Below are positions 58,206 to 64,000 of a stretch of DNA of 64,000 bases, in pieces (position 1 is the first letter of the stretch; every line of letters starts with the position of its first letter). The stretch is from Vitrella brassicaformis CCMP3155 (lineage: Eukaryota > Protista > Chromerida). Location: positions 203,451 through 267,450 of the forward strand of contig CDMY01000781.1 in assembly GCA_001179505.1 (NCBI GenBank), written 5' to 3'. A program made the translations under genes and the position numbers. The notes beneath the pieces are model-generated. The model saw only the letters and a program-made list of their open reading frames with translations. It did not search any database and was not told the DNA's origin.

Positions 58206-59657
58206 TCACATCCACGACGATGTGCCACGCTGCTGGGGCGCCAGATCCTCGCGATCCGACATGGGCGCATCCAACTGCACACACACACAGCGCCACGTAG
58301 TCACGATGCTGCCTGGGGGCTGGTTGCCGGTAGCCGGTTTCCTCACCTGCTCATCGTACTCGGGCGACAGCTTCAGCAGCTGCGCCATGGCCTCACGCGT
58401 GGCTTTCCGTACCTCCTCCATCGTACGGCCCTGAACACGCCAACAGATCGATCGACGGTCGTTCCATTGTATCCTCCCTCCGTTGTCCTCCTCACTTTGC
58501 ATGAGATGGGGTCGCCGAATGCAGCGTAGCACGTGCCCGGCCCCATCAGCAGACTGAACGGCCGCCACAGCCGAGGCGTGCAATGCACAACTGCACCCAG
58601 GCAACAGGGCGGACAGCGAGTGGTGTGTGCGTCATTCATGTCTTCCCACTCACTCACTCATGGGTTGTATGTCGGTCTCGGAGTCGACGCAGTATTTGAA
58701 GAAGCCGTTCTTGAAAGGCTGCAGGCGGCCAGTGCGGGACCGGGTGCCCTCGGGATAGGCCAGCACGGCAATCCCCTTGGAGACCACCTCATCCACACGC
58801 TCAAACATCTTCCGGGTCGTCCCTGGCATCGTGCCCCAGCCACCTACGCCCCACCAGACACAACACAACACACGTTCTCCTTGAGCCGTGTCTGGTGCCG
58901 CCTCCCTCCGTGTTGTCCGTACCTTTGTCCTTTGTGAAGTAGATGGGAATGTCGCCGGTGAGTGCGAGTTGCCAGCCGAGCACTGGGATGTTGAGCAGGC
59001 CCGACTTGAAGACGAACATGGCCGTGTAGGGTGCGATGGCGGCGTTGCAGATCCAGGGGTCCACCCCCGATAGGTGGTTGCTGAGGATGATGCGGCCTCG
59101 CTCGCCGGGCGGAGGCGGCACGTACCGCCGCACGACCTTCAGGTGCCAGAAGGGGTTGAACCACACACACACTGCATCGCATCCACCACACACGAAAACG
59201 GAACGACGTGAGCACCCCGACCTCTGCTCGTGTTTGTTGTGTCTCCACAGACTCACTTGCGAGAGGCAGTTTCAGCGAAGCGCTCATCAACTGCCCAACA
59301 CAATGAGAGAGGGAAACGCCGCACACACGTGTATACTCTATTGTCTTGATGCTCTGTGCCCATCCCACGACGCACCTGCATCTTGGTCACGGGAAAGAAG
59401 GCCAAGATTGGTGCGCCGATGGTCCCAATGAGCAGCTGTATAACGAGAGAGATGACGCCTCCCAGCAAAAAGAACGAGAAGTTCCATACTGTAATGAGGA
59501 CATCGAGAGGCGAGATCTGCAGCCGCTTGGACGGGCCCGAGGCAGCTGTGCTGCTGTCCTCAGCGGTATCTCTCGAGTCGGCTTTTAGTGAGCCGTTCAT
59601 TGTGTCTGCCTCTCCTTCCTTTGGTGGAACACGCCGCCTGATGTCTGTGGATCCCAT
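58206..59657 (-). CDS. 1-acyl-sn-glycerol-3-phosphate acyltransferase (PlsC/LPAAT family)
   Basis: SNHLSGVD (NHxxxxD), FVFKSGL...P.LGW, YPEGTRSRTGRLQPFKNGFF, plus an N-terminal TM segment. Confidence 0.92.
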
Positions 59658-59877
59658 AGCTCCGTTCGCTTTCTCTCTTCTCCGTCAACTCTAAGCTCGC
59701 AGGGGGGCTTGCGGATCGCTGGGGCACTCCGTTCGTTCGCACAGATCTCCCTATGTGTCCGTTCAGGCATACATGTGTCGCATCGATGCTGCTTGTCCAT
59801 TGACATGAATGCATCATCTAGTCACCTACAGGCAGACAACCGCCCATGCCGTCTCTCTCATCCATCCATCCATCGGT

Positions 59878-62534
<2,657 letters not shown>

Positions 62535-62738
62535 GATGATTGCCTGCGGAGATCAGGAGATCAGATCCATGGATGCAGGGTGCATGATATGCAATACGTG
62601 GATGGCTGTGTTGCGAGGATGCAGGATCTGCTCACCAAGGCAGGCTGCTCACCCACGAGTGTTGCTTTGTAGCTCGCATTCTCGACGGTCGACCTCTCTC
62701 TGCGCTTGCCCCCTTAAGTTGCTGCAGATATCGGAACC

Positions 62739-63990
62739 ATGCTTACGTCAATCTGGCTCATCAACGATGGCATCGCTGTGTACTTCACTCTGGGGATAGT
62801 GGACTTCCTCCGAGACTTCATCTACCGCTGCATCGTGCTTGTCGAGACGGGCGTGTGGTCTGTGAGGCCCTTTTCCTGACTTCCTGTACGCACACAAGCA
62901 AACTGAGGCGGCTCATCTCACACGTCTCTCTCCTCTCGTGTCCTTTCACCCAACAGTCGCGGCTGAGTGGCTCTCTTCTGTCCCCCACGAGTGCACGATG
63001 GTCCTCTTTGGTGGCGAAGTCATCTGGTTGATGTTCGTCCTCAACGTCTTCACTTATGCCGCATTGCCGTTCATGATGGTCCTCGCGGGACTTGACGATT
63101 TCTTGACGTCGATACACATGGACCTCATGGTTCTGGACCTCTGGGATCTGCGCACATGAGCCCTGACGCGAACGCAGCGGGTACGTCCGGCAACGACAAC
63201 ACGCACGGATGAGAGCCCATCGATTCATCCCCGAGCCGAGTCGTCCATCCCCCTGGACATAAGAGAAAACCATGTTGGTCGATCTCATCAACGCTGCCTT
63301 CGCTGTCTGGCACTTCACCCCCTCTCCAAGTGGTCTTCCTTGAATTGCTTCGTCTCGCTGTCCTTCACGTTATCATCACACCTATGGGCTCCCTTTCAGC
63401 AGTTGGCTCTTTGGATCCCTTTCCGCCAGAGGGATTCCTTTTCGGGCTTGCGGTTGCCTGGCTTCGCGTCAACGACCCATCAAGACGAGGGTGCGGCAGA
63501 TATCTGATTTTCTGGGGCCGTTTGTGAAGCTCAGCCACCTGCCTCCCCGCTCTTCCCACTTCCCCCATATCCCCCATCTATATCTATCGCGCCCTGCTGC
63601 AACACACACAAACAGCATGCTCGTGGATCCCATCTACGGCATGATCGACTACGTCCTGTCGGTGATCGACGTGTCCGTTGTGATGTTTGAGAGTGAGAGG
63701 TGGGGCTACAGCCCCTTCTACAGTGCTGCTCACTGACTTGCTTCCGGTTACGCTCCCGTCGCACCTGCTGGCCCTCTGTCGAGAGTTGGCCTTCGCCCCT
63801 TCTATGGACCATGGTTTTCCGCCGGATGGATTTCTTTTCGGGCTTGCGGTAGCCTTCAACATCGTGGGCTAGACCTCAATCTGTTGCCTGGTTCTTCAGC
63901 ATCTTCGCCTGGCCCCCCGTCAACGACCCGTCAAGACGAGGGCTGGAAAGAGATCGGAGTATCTTTGGCGTTTTGTGAAGCTCAGCCCAC
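62739..63990 (+). other. Three diverged tandem units of short hydrophobic ORFs (micro-gene family or decaying pseudogenes)
   Basis: Units start at ATGs 62739, 63272 and 63617. Units B and C share FPP(E/D)GFLFGLAVA, VNDPSRRG and TTGTGAAGCTCAGCC. A and B share LIN...AV..FT. A and C share G..D......I....V..E...W...PF. Confidence 0.55.
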
Positions 63991-64000
63991 CAAACCGACG

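Noticed and set aside
55851-59657. ABHD hydrolase next to LPAAT as a lipid-remodelling gene cluster
   Set aside because: They are convergent with no shared promoter; adjacency of two common lipid enzymes is easily coincidental.

Overview
Intron-rich, GC-rich eukaryotic genomic DNA. Introns are short, almost all GT-AG, and full of (CA)n, (CCAT)n, (CAGA)n and (CAGG)n microsatellites. Multi-AP2-domain (ApiAP2-type) genes, bipartite plastid-targeting leaders and basal-body genes point to a photosynthetic alveolate, most likely a chromerid such as Vitrella brassicaformis (inference, no database search). I reconstructed about 26 genes by hand-splicing. Recognisable ones: hybrid-cluster protein, Arp11/ACTR10, lipase maturation factor, plastid TyrP-type permease, longin R-SNARE, two paralogous AP2-array factors, epsilon-tubulin, TEX9, a plastid Rossmann-fold protein, a PPR-like protein, an ABHD17-like hydrolase, LPAAT and RUVBL2. 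The rest are orphans. Most notable: an Orai-like 4-TM protein lacking the Ca2+ filter Glu; modular gain and loss of AP2 domains between two divergently oriented paralogues, one possibly N-myristoylated; an epsilon-tubulin/TEX9 head-to-head pair; a 101-aa three-exon mitochondrial-type microprotein absent from the ORF track; nine tight divergent gene pairs; and a triplicated family of overlapping short hydrophobic ORFs at the right end. No rRNA, tRNA, CRISPR array or intact transposon was recognised. Family assignments come from remembered motifs, and exon boundaries are manual predictions.
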